From Octopus bimaculoides (lineage: Eukaryota), in NCBI RefSeq assembly GCF_001194135.2, contig NC_068992.1:13369119-13410339 (forward strand): a stretch of DNA of 41,221 nt, in the 5' to 3' direction. The translations under genes were made by a program, and so were the position numbers. The notes under the pieces were generated by a model that did not search any database, was not told where the DNA came from, and was given only the letters and a program-made list of their open reading frames with translations. Shown piece by piece: positions 25,049 to 38,816 of this stretch (position 1 is its first letter; every line of letters begins with the position of its first letter).

Positions 25049-25290
25049 CTGCAGAGATACTCACACTGGTATCTCTGAAATGAAGATATAACTGACGAGC
25101 TTACAAACTGAGTTGACTCCACTACAAGTTTCTAAGATACGGTATGGTAGTGCTAAAACTGATGACTTCTTAACATGTTACTATTACGTGATCCAAGTCA
25201 TGATTTAAAGTCAGGATTGCAACTATTCCAAAAAATGTCACGCGTTAATTTCTTTTCTCAAGAACTCTGTGGGATATTCAGAAGAGGGCT

Positions 25291-25422
25291 CCGAGGTCAA
25301 CTTTGCCTTTCATCTCTTCTGGGTCGATAAATCAAGCACCAGTTACGTAATGGGGTCGATCTAATCGACTGGCCCCCTTCCCCAAAAACTTTTGTGCCTT
25401 GTGCCTAGAGTAGAAAATATTA
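25291..25422 (+). mobile_element. SINE family A-related, 5'-truncated
   Basis: CCGAGGTCAACTTTGCCTTTCATC...GGGTCGATAAATCAAGCACCAGTT...GGGGTCGATCTAATCGACT matches the reverse complement of 26846-26935. Confidence 0.8.
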
Positions 25423-26593
25423 GTTTCTTACAGATGAACACTGTGAATCTAAACATTTTAACCTCCTTGAACTAACTATATAATCTTCGAAAGATAAAAC
25501 TTAACCCTGAAATAGCAACGAATATAATATACGCGTAGCTGGCATATACAGGTCCAATGTAAATAAAGAATATATGGCATAAACACTTCTTGTACAAAAT
25601 TAATTGTGTACAATTTTAGATTTATTCAGAAGCGGTTATCAAATTACGTGAGAAACAACTATACCGAAAAACCTAAATCATTCAGTACATAATATGCTAA
25701 GTAATGAAGGACAAAACTAAAGAAAGATATAGACGTGGCACAAAAAGTAATGAAAACATCTACGCAGGTGAATGAACGCCTTTGACACGAGGCAGGAATT
25801 AAATTTAAAAATATATTTTCACAGTTAAGAAATGTTTCATATGCGTTCTAATGCAAACTAAAAAAAAAAAATTAAACTAAATCAGTTATTAATCTGATCT
25901 TTTACCAAAGAAAACTTTAATATAATATTCAACGCACTTAATGGTATGGAACTAAATTATCTCATTCACTTGTACAAAGTGTACCGAAAGAAATGATACG
26001 ATGCATGTAGCAAACACATATCATTCCACTAATCAAAGAAAATATAATTAAAATTAGGCAGGCAACTATAGAAAATATATTTGAAACAAAGCACGCATAT
26101 GGAATGTTCTGAACGAAAGAACCAGTTAAAGAAATATAAAAACAGGAATATTGAAGTTAATCTGATATCAACGGAATGTTTTCTGAACCATACTACGATA
26201 TCAAGACACCGAGAGACATGTGTTGAAAGCAGGAAAAAGTTCTAAATTTAAGCACTCGGTATATATATTTTTTCATACGTGCTTTTTCTCTCTATGTACT
26301 GAATAATACAGTCTCAAAAATTATAGACGCTTATAAATTTATAATAATTTTCTTCTCTTTTTACATCTGGAGAATTAATGTAGTAGTGCCAGTGGAAAGT
26401 TAATTATTTCAATCGAATCAAAACAGCACCGACGGAAAAATTCATATGTTGCAGTGAATCCGTTTACATGCATATATATTGATGTAGTCTATAGAATTGT
26501 ACAAAAAAGAAACAAATACATAACATATAAAATATAAAAGTAGTTAACACATAAGCATAACATATGAAAAAGTAGAAATATATATTTATTTCA

Positions 26594-26790
26594 TTATTTC
26601 TTTATCTTAGAGGGGACAAACAAGGATAGACAAAGGGATTAAGTTGATAACCAATTCCAGGGCGTAACTGGTACTTATTTAATCGAACCCGAAAGAAAGA
26701 AACGCAAAGTCGACCTTCGCGGAATTTGAACTCAGAACGTAACGGCAGACGCAACACTGCCAAGCATTTCGCCCTGTGTGCTAACGTTTC
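26594..26790 (-). mobile_element. SINE family A (tandem copy 1, lacks the first ~20 nt and part of the tail)
   Basis: Aligns with the adjacent copy 26791-27024. Confidence 0.9.
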
Positions 26791-27024
26791 TTACTTCTTT
26801 ATTGCCCTCATGGGGCTAAACATATAGTGGACAAACAAAGACATACAAAGCGATTAAGTCGATTACCTCGACCCCGGTGCGCAACTGGTACTTAATTTAT
26901 TGACCCCGAAAGGATGAAAGGCAAAGTTGGCCTCGGTGGAATTTGAACTCAGAACGTAGCATCAGACGAAATACCGCTAAGCATTTCGCCCTGTGTGCTA
27001 ATGTTTCTGCCAGCTCTCCGCCCT
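26791..27024 (-). mobile_element. SINE family A (tandem copy 2, full length)
   Basis: Minus strand starts AGGGCGGAGAGCTGGCAGAAACATTAGCAC (A-box-like TGGCAGAA), has B-box-like GAGTTCAAATTCC and ends GGGCAATAAAGAAGTAA. Confidence 0.9.
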
Positions 27025-27316
27025 AGCAGAAGTATATATTACCAAAATCTTCTTGAGACGCACGTTTTTATATATGCTGACTTTTTTCTATGTAAGGTAC
27101 TATTGAAAATATTACTTGTAACTCAAGTTTGATCTGCCCTTTGGTAGGTAGAAATATCTGTATATGTTGCACATTACGAACATGGTACACAATGACAAAA
27201 TATTATCTATTACTTTATTTGCAACGCAGTTGTGCTTCAAAGATAAATTCTCTTTTTACTCACTATTTCTCACTCTGTTACTCTATGTATATATGCGTGC
27301 GCGTGTTCGTATGCAT

Positions 27317-27375
<59 letters not shown>

Positions 27376-27780
27376 TATCATCATCATCATCATCACTTAA
27401 CTACGTTTTCCATATTTGCGTATGTTGGACGGTTTAACGGGAGTTATCAGGCTGAGAGCCTGCACCAGCTCTCAGTGGTCTGTTTTGGCAACGTTTCTCC
27501 GGCCAATGGCCTTCCAAACGGCAAGCACTTTTCGAAGTGTACTAGGTAGTTGCACATGGCGAGGGCACTAAGTGCCTATTATGGCTCCGTCACGGGCGCT
27601 CTTTTGCGTGACACCGGCACGAGAGACACTTAAGTGACGCCAACAAGAGTGCTGTTTAGGTGATGCCAGCATGCTTCTTTTATACGCGGCGCCAACACAA
27701 GCGCTTTTTACGTGCTGCCCGTACCCGCGGGATCGGCAAGTCACTTGCAAAACAAAGACGTCTCAGCTGAGAGATTGGAT
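27317..27780 (-). mobile_element. RTE-like retroelement 3' end or derived SINE with a (ATG)n tail
   Basis: (CAT)n 27317-27394 followed by TTAACTACGTTTTCCAT...GTTGGACGGTTT, a pattern I recall from RTE-type 3' ends. GC-richer body with degenerate internal repeats CTTTT..CGTG..ACCGGCAC at ~27601, ~27677 and ~27704. Confidence 0.55.
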
Positions 27781-28083
27781 TATAATAACGGGTCAGGCAT
27801 AGCCGTCTCATTATCGAGGAGATACTTGATTACTCTAGTAAGACAAGGAAGGAGAAGGGGATAGGTAAGAGGTATAGAAAGATAGGAAAAGAAGGCCTAC
27901 CCACAGGAAGCAGTAGTTGAGGAGTATAAGTAGTACAGACGCGATAGAGGAGTTCCATCTCGTCAAATATATATATATTTATATACACTTTCACGTATAG
28001 ATATACATAAAGTGTGTGTGTGTTTGTGTGTATTTGTCTGAGTGTGTATGTGTGTATGTGTGTATTTATGTGTGTGTGTGTGA

Positions 28084-28123
<40 letters not shown>

Positions 28124-28148
28124 ACTATGTTATGTCAACTGGCTGGAT

Positions 28149-28178
28149 TCCTGAAGGCACATCTAGAAACATCGTCGG
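28149..28178 (+). ncRNA. Minimal hammerhead-like remnant
   Basis: tc-CTGAAGG-cacatcta-GAAAC-ATC-GTC-gg: the 3' half is canonical, A9 is changed to G, and stem II is poorly paired. Confidence 0.3.
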
Positions 28179-28466
28179 CCGGAAAGACGTATGAAAATAT
28201 CGAATATATCATGATTATATACACAGTCTACAATCAAATAACAAGCTATAAAATGCTATAATTCCGACTATAGATGCTTAAAGAATTAGATTCTCCATAA
28301 GTCTATATGGAGAACAACGACTGATGTTTGCCTGAACAAGTGCAAGGTTAATCACAGCGAAAATACATCGGAAGTGTATTTACAAGGAACAATTTTTTCC
28401 GTGACGCCGGCTAAACATTAGAGTTCGATATTTATATGAAGTTTCTGCGACTTGCAACAATACGTC

Positions 28467-28501
<35 letters not shown>

Positions 28502-29773
28502 TATNNNNNNNNNNNNNNNNNNNNNNNNNNNNNNNNNNNNNNNNNNNNNNNNNNNNNNNNNNNNNNNNNNNNNNNNNNNNNNNNNNNNNNNNNNNNNNNN
28601 NNNNNNNNNNNNNNNNNNNNNNNNNNNNNNNNNNNNNNNNNNNNNNNNNNNNNNNNNNNNNNNNNNNNNNNNNNNNNNNNNNNNNNNNNNNNNNNNNNNN
28701 NNNNNNNNNNNNNNNNNNNNNNNNNNNNNNNNNNNNNNNNNNNNNNNNNNNNNNNNNNNNNNNNNNNNNNNNNNNNNATATATGTATGTATCACAGGTGA
28801 CTTCTGAGATTGTTATTAATGTCTGTTATGCTAATAATATAACTGTCTACGTATTTGTGGTGACGTTACAATTTAACAATAATCCATTACATTGAACTGA
28901 ACTGAAATGAAATAAATTGAATTGTTATTCTTCCAAAGAATTATGGAAGCTGTGTAATTGTAGCTTCAACAAACGACCACGTTCCTACAAGTTAATCTGA
29001 AGACGCGGTGCAAATAGAATTATAGGTATGTAGGAATATCTTATGCTTCTCGTGAGATTTCATTAAAATGGAAACTAGATAAGGTAATATTAACTCTGCA
29101 ATATTTGAATATTAGATTATTGTGAAGATTACTTGGCGAGCAAGTTATTATAGTTCTATAATTCAGTATATTGATTTACATGCTCTTAACTAAGTTATAA
29201 AACCTAATCCAAATATCTGTATTGTTATGACCTCCATTTCATTGAAATTTGTCAGTAGCTGCGGATATCTGATAGATGTGACGTGTCAAAATATGCGTAG
29301 TGCTTTAAGAAATATATAATGTTACTGTTATGGTCCTATTTCTAATCTCAGAACAGAAATATAGAACTGATATCAATAATTTGCCTGTAATGGTTTTACG
29401 GAGCTACGTCCGTATTCGATATATAAAGTTTGTATATTTTAACATTAGTTTTGTGCATTTACAAAAGGCAAACGTTAGTCGTGTGGTCAGCCACGTGGAA
29501 TATGTGATTAATATGTAGCAGTTTAAGAAACCACTGTGGTTCGGGGTCTCTAGGTCATGGTTTCTAATTTTGTTGTGGTAAAATATATCAAATTGATTAT
29601 CCCACGTGATAATGACGTTAGATATTAGCTTATATAACTAAGTCCGCTAATATTACTTCAAAACGTGCTGAGCAGCAAGCGACTTGTGAATTGGCAAATT
29701 ATATTTATATTTGGAAATACACAAAGTTTACGCATTTGACATTGTTATGTACACAAATATCTACCCCCCCCCT

Positions 29774-30101
29774 TTCCAGACCGGGCGTTGTGGGTGTTTA
29801 TTGAGCGAAAACACCTGAAGTTCCACGAGGCTCCGGCAGGGGATGGTGGCGAACCCTGCTGTACTCTTCCACCACTACTTTCTCTCACTCTTACTTCCTG
29901 TTTCTGTTGTTCCTGTAATTCAAAGGGTCAGCCTTGTCAAACTGTGTCACGCTGAATATCCCCGAGAACTACGTTAAGGGTACACGTGTATGTGGAGTGC
30001 TCAACCACTTGCACGTTAATTTCACGAGCAGGCTGTTCCGTTGATCGAATCAACTGGAACCCTCGACGTCGTAAGCGACGGAGTGCCAACAAGAACAACA
30101 A
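29774..30101 (+). mobile_element. tRNA-derived SINE family C, 5'-truncated, (AAC)-type tail
   Basis: Near-identical to 33064-33314 over ~235 nt; continues to GGAGTGCCAACAAGAACAACAA. Confidence 0.9.
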
Positions 30102-30793
30102 TCTATTCCCCCAAAACACTAATCCACAAAATAAACATTTTGTTTTTGCTTATTTTATATACTGTTGTTTCTCAAATTTCTTTTCTACTGTTGTTGCACA
30201 AAGTATACACAATCGACTTAAATGCCTTTGTGTTTAAGTCACGTAGTACCATATTGGCATGATGGGGAACTCGACATTATAAAACCAAACTGATAAAGAA
30301 TCGGAAGTTGTTCGCAACAATAAAACAACAGCAACAACTACAACACCTACATCAGAGAACAGCAAAGCAAAGAAACGTTTGAATGCTGACATAACTGGTC
30401 TGAAAGTTAAATCAATATTCTCATTAACGCATGGTTCATTCTTTCTCAGAATGAGAACATTCATGCTTCATGTATACGTAAATGTCACTACCAATAGGAT
30501 TGTTCACCTTTTAAATAACAACCAAATGATAAATGCTTAAAACAAACTGAAGCAAATAACTACATCGTATCGTACCATAATTAACAACGTGGATGAACTC
30601 GCTCCTTCCGACAACCAGAGACCGCAATCAGCAACAGTAGCAAAAAGCAACAACGACCACATCAACAACAACAATTTCAGCTACCACAACGGCAACGGAA
30701 GACACAGTGGCGACAGCAGCAGCGAAGTCCTCGAAGCCAACTTACACAAAAGGCACACCGACATAACCATTCCTATCGGCAATAATTCTACCA

Positions 30794-30809
30794 TCTTCTT
30801 CTTCTTCTT

Positions 30810-30844
<35 letters not shown>

Positions 30845-30885
30845 GCTACTACTGCTGCTACTGCTGCTGCTGCCGCTGCTGCTGC
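30794..30885. repeat. Compound (TTC)n-(TAC)n-(TGC)n microsatellite
   Basis: Directly visible. Confidence 0.95.
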
Positions 30886-32338
30886 CTGTACTACTTCGAC
30901 TCTTATTTCTATTTAAATCACGTTTGTATTTCAGTATTACGAAAACGGCCGATCGTTAGCATAAATAAATTTGTTTCCATATCTTACAAATCTAATGGAA
31001 TCGTATCAATATGATGTATCTATTTCTCGACAATTGATATATCATGAAAATGATATGTTTTTTAGTGAGGTCACTAAGTCATAAGGCGAATATACATTCC
31101 ATATACTATCTTTTACGATATATAGTAAAATATCAGTGGTGTTAAATGCAGACAAAAATAAAACTCTTAGTCAAAATTATCATATCTGTTGTCTCTGTGA
31201 TCCTGAGGAAAATATGCTGGGCTAATGTGATTTCAGTTCCAGGCTACCAAATTTTGCTTTTGAATATATCAAAAGAGATTATAGGAGACCTATCAAAATA
31301 TTACAGTTACATTGAAACTTGCACAAGGCAACTGTTGATATATACATTTGTCACTGTATGTATGTGCTTGTGGGTATGTATCACTTTTTTCTTCTCAATC
31401 TCTTACTCAGAAATGTGTATGTCTATGTATGTATATGTATGTATCCGATCCATTTATGCACACACACACACACACACACATGTATATATATATAATGGTA
31501 ATTGTTATCTGTCTGATGCTATCTTAGTGCTAAAACTAGCGAATCAATCTTCAAATAGCTTAGCATGCATGTCACACTAACATCTAGTTAAATAATATGC
31601 TAATAGGATTTCAATAAAAAACTCTAATGTGCCCACAGGGGAATTGAGCGAATTATATGATCAGGTGAGAATGTTGCAAAAAGTATTAGTCTGGCGGAAA
31701 GGTAGTAAAAGAGAGAGGGTGACTTATATCAGTGAAGACGAGAACAGCAGTAACAATGGGGTTGTTACGTTGCTACAGCTGCGATATACATGCGACCCTG
31801 CATATATACTTTCGTAAATGCATAAAACAACACATACACCAGACACACATGAGGCTTTGGTACAGTTCCTGTGTCTGTGTGTTCGCTCATGATGTTGTCA
31901 TTGTAGTAGTTGTTGTTATTGCCATCGTTGTCACCGCTTCTGCAGCTGTCGTTGTTGTTCGTGTTTTTGATATTGTCCGAGAAGTTACTGTTGGTGTATA
32001 CGTGTTCACTTCGTGTGCTGTTTGTATTCATGTCTTTTATATAGATTTATTTATTCATTTCATCTATCTCTATTTCTTATAAGTATCACAGGTAGGTGCA
32101 TATATGTCTATTGTGTGTGTATCGTCCTGTTTGTATCTGTGTTTCTTTACTATTATTTATTTATTTATCCCTCTCTCTTCTCGTCCCTCCTGTGTTTTGT
32201 TATGTGGTGTAGTGTATTTGTTGGGTGTTACTGTTCCAGTTGTGTTTTCTATTAAGGCTCGGTTTGTATACTGCTACGTGTAGCCTCTGTGATCCGTTTA
32301 AGTGTCGTGTCAGCTCTATGCGTCGATAATATCCATAT

Positions 32339-32378
<40 letters not shown>

Positions 32379-32422
32379 GTGTATGTGAGTGTGTATATGT
32401 GTGTGTATATGTATCTATGTAT

Positions 32423-32475
<53 letters not shown>

Positions 32476-33003
32476 ATCTTTTCTTACAGTAGCTCCTTTT
32501 ATCCCATGTTAGTTGCTTCCATTACGGTCGTTTATTCTGTCAACCTTATAATGGATCTCCGAATCACCAGCGAAAGCTTTCTTCTATACATTTATTTTGG
32601 ACTGTTGTTCGTACTCTTTATAAGTTGGATCTATTAATATAAATATCTTAATATTTATGCTTAAATATTCATCGTCTAAAGGTCTCCACTTTTCCCTTTC
32701 TATCCTTTTGCATACATACATTTGTCTAAAAAATACTGTTAATTAAATTCAAATTATATCGGTACTCAGTTTTTCTTTTTGTTTATCTTACTTTATTTCA
32801 TTTACTGAGCTCTCTATTCCATAATATACGAATGTATGGATATTTACTTGTTAGTTACTGTGAATAATCCTTATTGAAGTAATTTCAAATCTGTTTAATT
32901 CTGAAAAAAACTAGTAATATTTTGATATCCATTATTATAGCCTAGCTCTATATCTATGTGGTAATATAGGTGTAGTTATTGTAGCTCTATGTTTATCTTC
33001 GTA

Positions 33004-33316
33004 GAGGCGCAATGGCCCAGTGGTTAGGGCAGCGGACTCGCGGTCATAGGATCGTGATTTCGATTCCCAGACCGGGCGTTGTGAGTGTTTATTGAGCGAA
33101 AGCACCTAAAGTTCCACCAGGCTCCGGCAGGGGATGGTGGTGAACCCTGTTGTACTCTTTCACCACAACTTTCTCTCACTCTTACTTCCTGTTTCTGTTG
33201 TGCCTGTAATTCAAAGGGTCAGCCTTGTCACACTGCGTCATGCTGAATATCCCCCAGGACTACGTTAAGGGTACACGTGTCTGTGGAGTGCTCAACCACT
33301 TGCACGTTAATTACAA
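33004..33316 (+). mobile_element. tRNA-derived SINE family C with an intact head, 3' end lost in the gap
   Basis: A-box TGGCCCAGTGG (33013-23), B-box-like GATTTCGATTCCC (33056-68); the body matches 29774-30010. Confidence 0.9.
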
Positions 33317-34329
33317 NNNNNNNNNNNNNNNNNNNNNNNNNNNNNNNNNNNNNNNNNNNNNNNNNNNNNNNNNNNNNNNNNNNNNNNNNNNNNNNNNNNN
33401 NNNNNNNNNNNNNNNNNNNNNNNNNNNNNNNNNNNNNNNNNNNNNNNNNNNNNNNNNNNNNNNNNNNNNNNNNNNNNNNNNNNNNNNNNNNNNNNNNNNN
33501 NNNNNNNNNNNNNNNNNNNNNNNNNNNNNNNNNNNNNNNNNNNNNNNNNNNNNNNNNNNNNNNNNNNNNNNNNNNNNNNNNNNNNNNNNNNNNNNNNNNN
33601 NNNNNNNNNNNNNNNNNNNNNNNNNNNNNNNNNNNNNNNNNNNNNNNNNNNNNNNNNNNNNNNNNNNNNNNNNNNNNNNNNNNNNNNNNNNNNNNNNNNN
33701 NNNNNNNNNNNNNNNNNNNNNNNNNNNNNNNNNNNNNNNNNNNNNNNNNNNNNNNNNNNNNNNNNNNNNNNNNNNNNNNNNNNNNNNNNNNNNNNNNNNN
33801 NNNNNNNNNNNNNNNNNNNNNNNNNNNNNNNNNNNNNNNNNNNNNNNNNNNNNNNNNNNNNNNNNNNNNNNNNNNNNNNNNNNNNNNNNNNNNNNNNNNN
33901 NNNNNNNNNNNNNNNNNNNNNNNNNNNNNNNNNNNNNNNNNNNNNNNNNNNNCACAGACGCACTCATCTTTACATATCGATGTGCGAGTGCCTTAGAGTC
34001 ATCGTATATAGGTATGTTGGTGTAGAGACAGTAGGAGTGTGTGTGTGTGTGTATGTGTGTGTGTGTGTGTGTGTGTGCGTAAGAGAGAGAGAGAGAGAGA
34101 GAGAGATCTACATATATTCGCTTCCGTGTTTATGAGCCTATGCTGTGTACTCCCTTGTGTGTATGTACGTATGTACATGCATATATAAAGAAATGAATAT
34201 CTAAACACTCACAGGCAATACACGCCAATTATTCAAATGATCCAACTTCCATATTAAAAAAAAAAACATATGGGTTAAAGTACCGTAAGTAATATAGAGT
34301 GATATACGAGACACTTCTAAAGATTCCTT

Positions 34330-35960
34330 CAGAGAAGAGACGCCTTTGAGATGTGGTAAAAAATATCTCAAGCACTTTGGAGACCTGAAGCAGAAATTAG
34401 AAAGGGAATTGCTGTAAATTTATCACAAGATTCTCAAATCAAAACAAAATGATGGATTTATAGGCAGATATAAATTCCGTCTTGTCTGAAAAAGAAATAG
34501 GTCTCACCTCGCAAAATAACCTTTTCTACGCTGCAGCTTCAATAATCAATGCCTTGTGAGGTATTGAAGTAAAAGGAAAAACTCAACTTATAACTGGTAA
34601 ACAATCATGTCAAACGAAAATTAGAAATACAATTTGCGCGCTCAGATATTATTTTGTAATACACAAGAATATCAAGAGCGAAAATATGCGTTAAGGTACC
34701 AAAGGCTAAGACGCTGAAGAGCAAAATAATTCACAATAATCCATAAGAAGGATAAGCCAAATCAATGAAAGAATTGCCAGATCATACAATTTATCCATAG
34801 CAAGGAAACACCGATATGGAAGCTCAAAGGAAGTGAGCACTTTTCAAGCATAGCAAAATGTTCTTGAAGAAGCCTGAAAGATTTTATGGGAAATATTGCA
34901 AAATTGAACATATCTATTCAGACAACACCTACCAAGCTTGAATTGCACAAGTTTTGAACATTGATCTGCTGGCACTGTAAACAACAACTCCTGGATTCAT
35001 CAACGGATCGGAGTCTCTAAACGTATTAAAGAGGACATATCGAATGATATATTTCCTGAAATTTTGGCTGAATGCTTTCCCTCAATTTCATGGATGACTG
35101 ACCCATCCCTTCAACGCGTAAGAAAGCAGACTAGTGACGTTATTTTGCAAGCAAACGTCATCTCACATTTACCTCCACCGCTCGCTCCGACCATCGATAC
35201 CATACAACTCGGTCAAATGTGAAATCCCAATTTCTGAGGATAAAACAGATTTGCACCGACATAAGGGATTACTGGAAACAGGCAAATCCTTTTGTACACC
35301 ATTATGTCAAACGCGATTACGGTGAATCACGACTAAAGGGAATAACACATGACATATCTAAGATTATCAAACAAAACCAAACTTACATGCTTAATTTTAG
35401 CAAAGTACAATATTTGAGAGAATGCCTTTGGTGATAATCTGGTACCGAAATTTCGCTGGAATTTCAAAAGCGTTGCATGAAAGTTACCAGCATATTGCGG
35501 GAAAATATCATGGTTTCAAACAAATATTTCCTTTTGTAGTCTTTAGATGGAATAAAAATGTAAGACAACTACTTCTGGCGCCAATAAAACTAACATTGGT
35601 GTTTCTGCACGCTGTACCTTGAAAACCAGCCACAAGAGAGGTAAGCTCTGTTCATTATGCAACATGAGTCCAGTCAGTTCCACAATTGACACAAAATCAA
35701 AAATATTCCGAATATAGGAACATGATCTTTTTGCGACAGGGTGTAGAAAGTCATCCAGCCACACCGAAATTTTGGCTATACAACATTTATACCCACTAGA
35801 AATTGGGTGCTGAAACTTATGAAACTGAGAGACTACAAGATATTTGTTGTAGTAAAACATTCTCACACTCAACAGTGCACTAATAAATCCGCCGTTCTTG
35901 TACAATAAGTAAAACCAACGTGAGCATCTGATGTTTTGTGAAGTTACCTGCATTGCCCTG
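34330..35960 (+). mobile_element. Heavily decayed R4/Dong-like non-LTR retrotransposon, 5'/middle part
   Basis: Manual translation: NNLFYAAASII (34515-47), KMFLKKPERFY (34855-87), PTKLELHKF*TLIC (34928-69, cf. PTxEExxxFWxxIW), NNSWI (34983-97), SYQHIA (cf. NYRPIA), SVPQ (35674-85, cf. DSVPH). The order fits the pre-RT and early RT region of R4-clade ORFs; many stops and frameshifts. Confidence 0.55.
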
Positions 35961-37859
35961 GGATATAAGAGTAGCGAATGTCTGTGATTTCCACTTGGAT
36001 CCTACTTTTTATGTTTAATAAGACTTTACAGAATTTCGCCGATGACACAGTTAAGTTTCATTTGTTCTCACCGACATTAAACTTTGAGAGTAGTTTTAGA
36101 GGAAGACATTTGATGTTCTAATGTTTCCTATTTCATTATCCTCATTTCCGTTTCATTTTTCTTTTACTTTTTTTTCTTTTTTCTCTTGTTCTGGAAGGGA
36201 ATTTTATTCATTTTCATAATGTGAAGACAAAAGAAACTTACTGAAAATTTCATATTATTTCACTTACTTTTTTGCTTTTTCTTCGGTTCAATCTTTCCTT
36301 TCGACTTCTATTTTTGCCTCTATTTGTTCTAGGAGTCTTTTAACACTTCCGTTTTGCTTTTGTCTTTGTTTCGATATTAATTTCACTGTCAACCTTACTT
36401 TCGATTATTTTACTCTTGTACAAGAATTTAATTTTATACTTATGCATTTATGATATGTATTTTTCTCTGTCTGAAATCCTTAATTTCCTATGTATTCCTA
36501 GATAATCTTCGCTTCAATCCATATTTGACTATTTTTATATAACTATATCTCCCCTTCCCTTTTCCTTCTTCCTCCTTCCTCCTTCCTGATTTAAATTCCA
36601 CATATTCTAGATTCATTAGTACAATCTTTATGCTTATTTCTTATTGTGTATTAATTTCTTACAATTATTTTTGTTTGTTTGTTTCTTTTTTATTCACGAT
36701 CCGGTTTACGTTTAGTTTCTTTCTGGTTTTCTTTCAACATTTCACATATTTCTTTGTATATGACTAACACATTTGACATAGTTCAGTTGTCATACAATGC
36801 AATCTATTTTCTTCTCTCTTCTTCCAAATTCTCTCCCCCACTCTCATCTTTCTTAGCAATGTTTTCCTCTTTTTACCTCATCCCCATCTCTTTTGGTTTC
36901 ATGTTCATTTCATCTTTGTTTGCAAAAGGATCGCAATGGGTTATCTAACACTTCATTCTGCTGGCTTAATTCATTACATCACTCAATCTAGCTGCAAGAG
37001 TCCACACTTCTTTTCACGTTGTTTTATTTCTTTTATATTCTATTATAAGATACCCATCTGTATTTATACCCCCCACTCTCATAACGAAGCACCATTCATT
37101 GTTCTCTTCTTTCCATTCTGTATTTTTCTCCCCGAATCCTTAACTATATTCGACAATTCTCTTATTTTCATATTTATCATCATTTACAGCTTTCTGTCTA
37201 TCATTATTTTCGCGCAATACATCTCTCTTTGTATTATTCCTTCGAACATAATAGATTATCCCATCTCTTTAAACAATTTAGCCACCTGAAACAAATTTCA
37301 TCTTAATACTTCTCTTAATGCTATCATGCATCAGATTTAAATGATTCTGTATTTATGCATATTTTACGCATGTATTATTTCGAAATTTTATGAAACTGTG
37401 TGCATTTTATTTCCTATTCTTGTTTTTTCTGTTAAATTCATTTTCTATAGCATTTCTTTTTGTATATTTGTTTCATTTAATTAATGCACTTGTTTATGCT
37501 TTAACTTCTTTGTTATTATTTCTCGATCGTTCTTTAAAAAGATTCTCATTAGTTCATCATTTTTCTATGTCTCATACATTTATTTTTTTATTCCTATTAT
37601 TTGGAGCTTCCCACTGACAAACATAAAAACCATAGAGGTTGTATCATTATGAAGTTCTGAAGGACACAACCTACATTTGTGAGTCTTCTAATCTTTCCTC
37701 TTGTACTTATACTGCTTTCGTTTAATTGTAATTTTTGCATTATTTCGTTTTATGCTTGCTGTGCTTCACTTAAACCATCTCCATCTTTTCCTCCCAGGTT
37801 CTTTGTTCTCGTTTCACTACTTTCCTTTTATAATCCGTTTTTCTTGCCTTGTTAATTTT

Positions 37860-38172
<313 letters not shown>

Positions 38173-38402
38173 TAATATTTTGCCCTTCCTTCCTGCCATC
38201 TGCCACTTCATTTCTATGTCTTCGTGTACTTTTAATTCTGCTCTTTCGTCTACCAGTCACATGTTTTTTGGGGCGTGCTTGTGTGAATGTACTTGAGTAT
38301 TTCCTCAATTCTCCATTCAATTATGATAGGCGATACCATTTATCCATAGCCTCTCCCACATTATTTTGCATCTTTTAAAAAATTTGAAATCAGTTTTAAT
38401 AT

Positions 38403-38816
38403 GGCGCAGGAGTGGATGTGTGGTAAGTAGCTTGTTTACCAGCCACATGGTTCCGGGGTTCAGTCACACTGCGTGGCACTTTGGGCAGGTGCCTTCTACT
38501 ATAGCCTCGGGCCGACTAAAGCCTTGTGAGTGGATTTGGTAGACGGAAACAGAAAGAAGCCCGTCGTATATATGTATATGTGTATGTATTTGTGTGCATC
38601 TGTTTGTGTGTCTGTGTTTCTCCCCCCACCATCGCTTGACAACCGATGTTGGTGTGTTTACGTCCCCGTCACTTAGCGGTTCGGCAAAAAGTGACGATAA
38701 AATAAGTACTAGGCTTCCAAATAATAAGTCCTGGGGTCGATTTGCCCGACTAAAGGCGGTTCCCCAGCATGGTCGCAGACAAATGATTGAAATATGTAAG
38801 AGAGTAAAAAAGTAAG
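38403..38816 (+). mobile_element. tRNA-derived SINE family B (CORE-like), full length
   Basis: Head GGCGCAGGAGTGGATGTGTGGTAAG, B-box-like GGTTCAGTCAC, CORE-like CACTTTGGGCAGGT, internal TA/TG tract, tail AGAGTAAAAAAGTAAG; matches 17858-18370. Confidence 0.9.

Noticed and set aside
29937-30262. ORFs 29937..30119, 29986..30237 and 30041..30262 (also 38594..38815)
   Set aside because: They lie within SINE bodies and have no coding hallmarks.
33004-33078. Functional tRNA gene (also the heads at 38403, 27024 and 18370)
   Set aside because: A and B boxes are present, but acceptor and anticodon stems are broken and each runs into a repeated SINE body.
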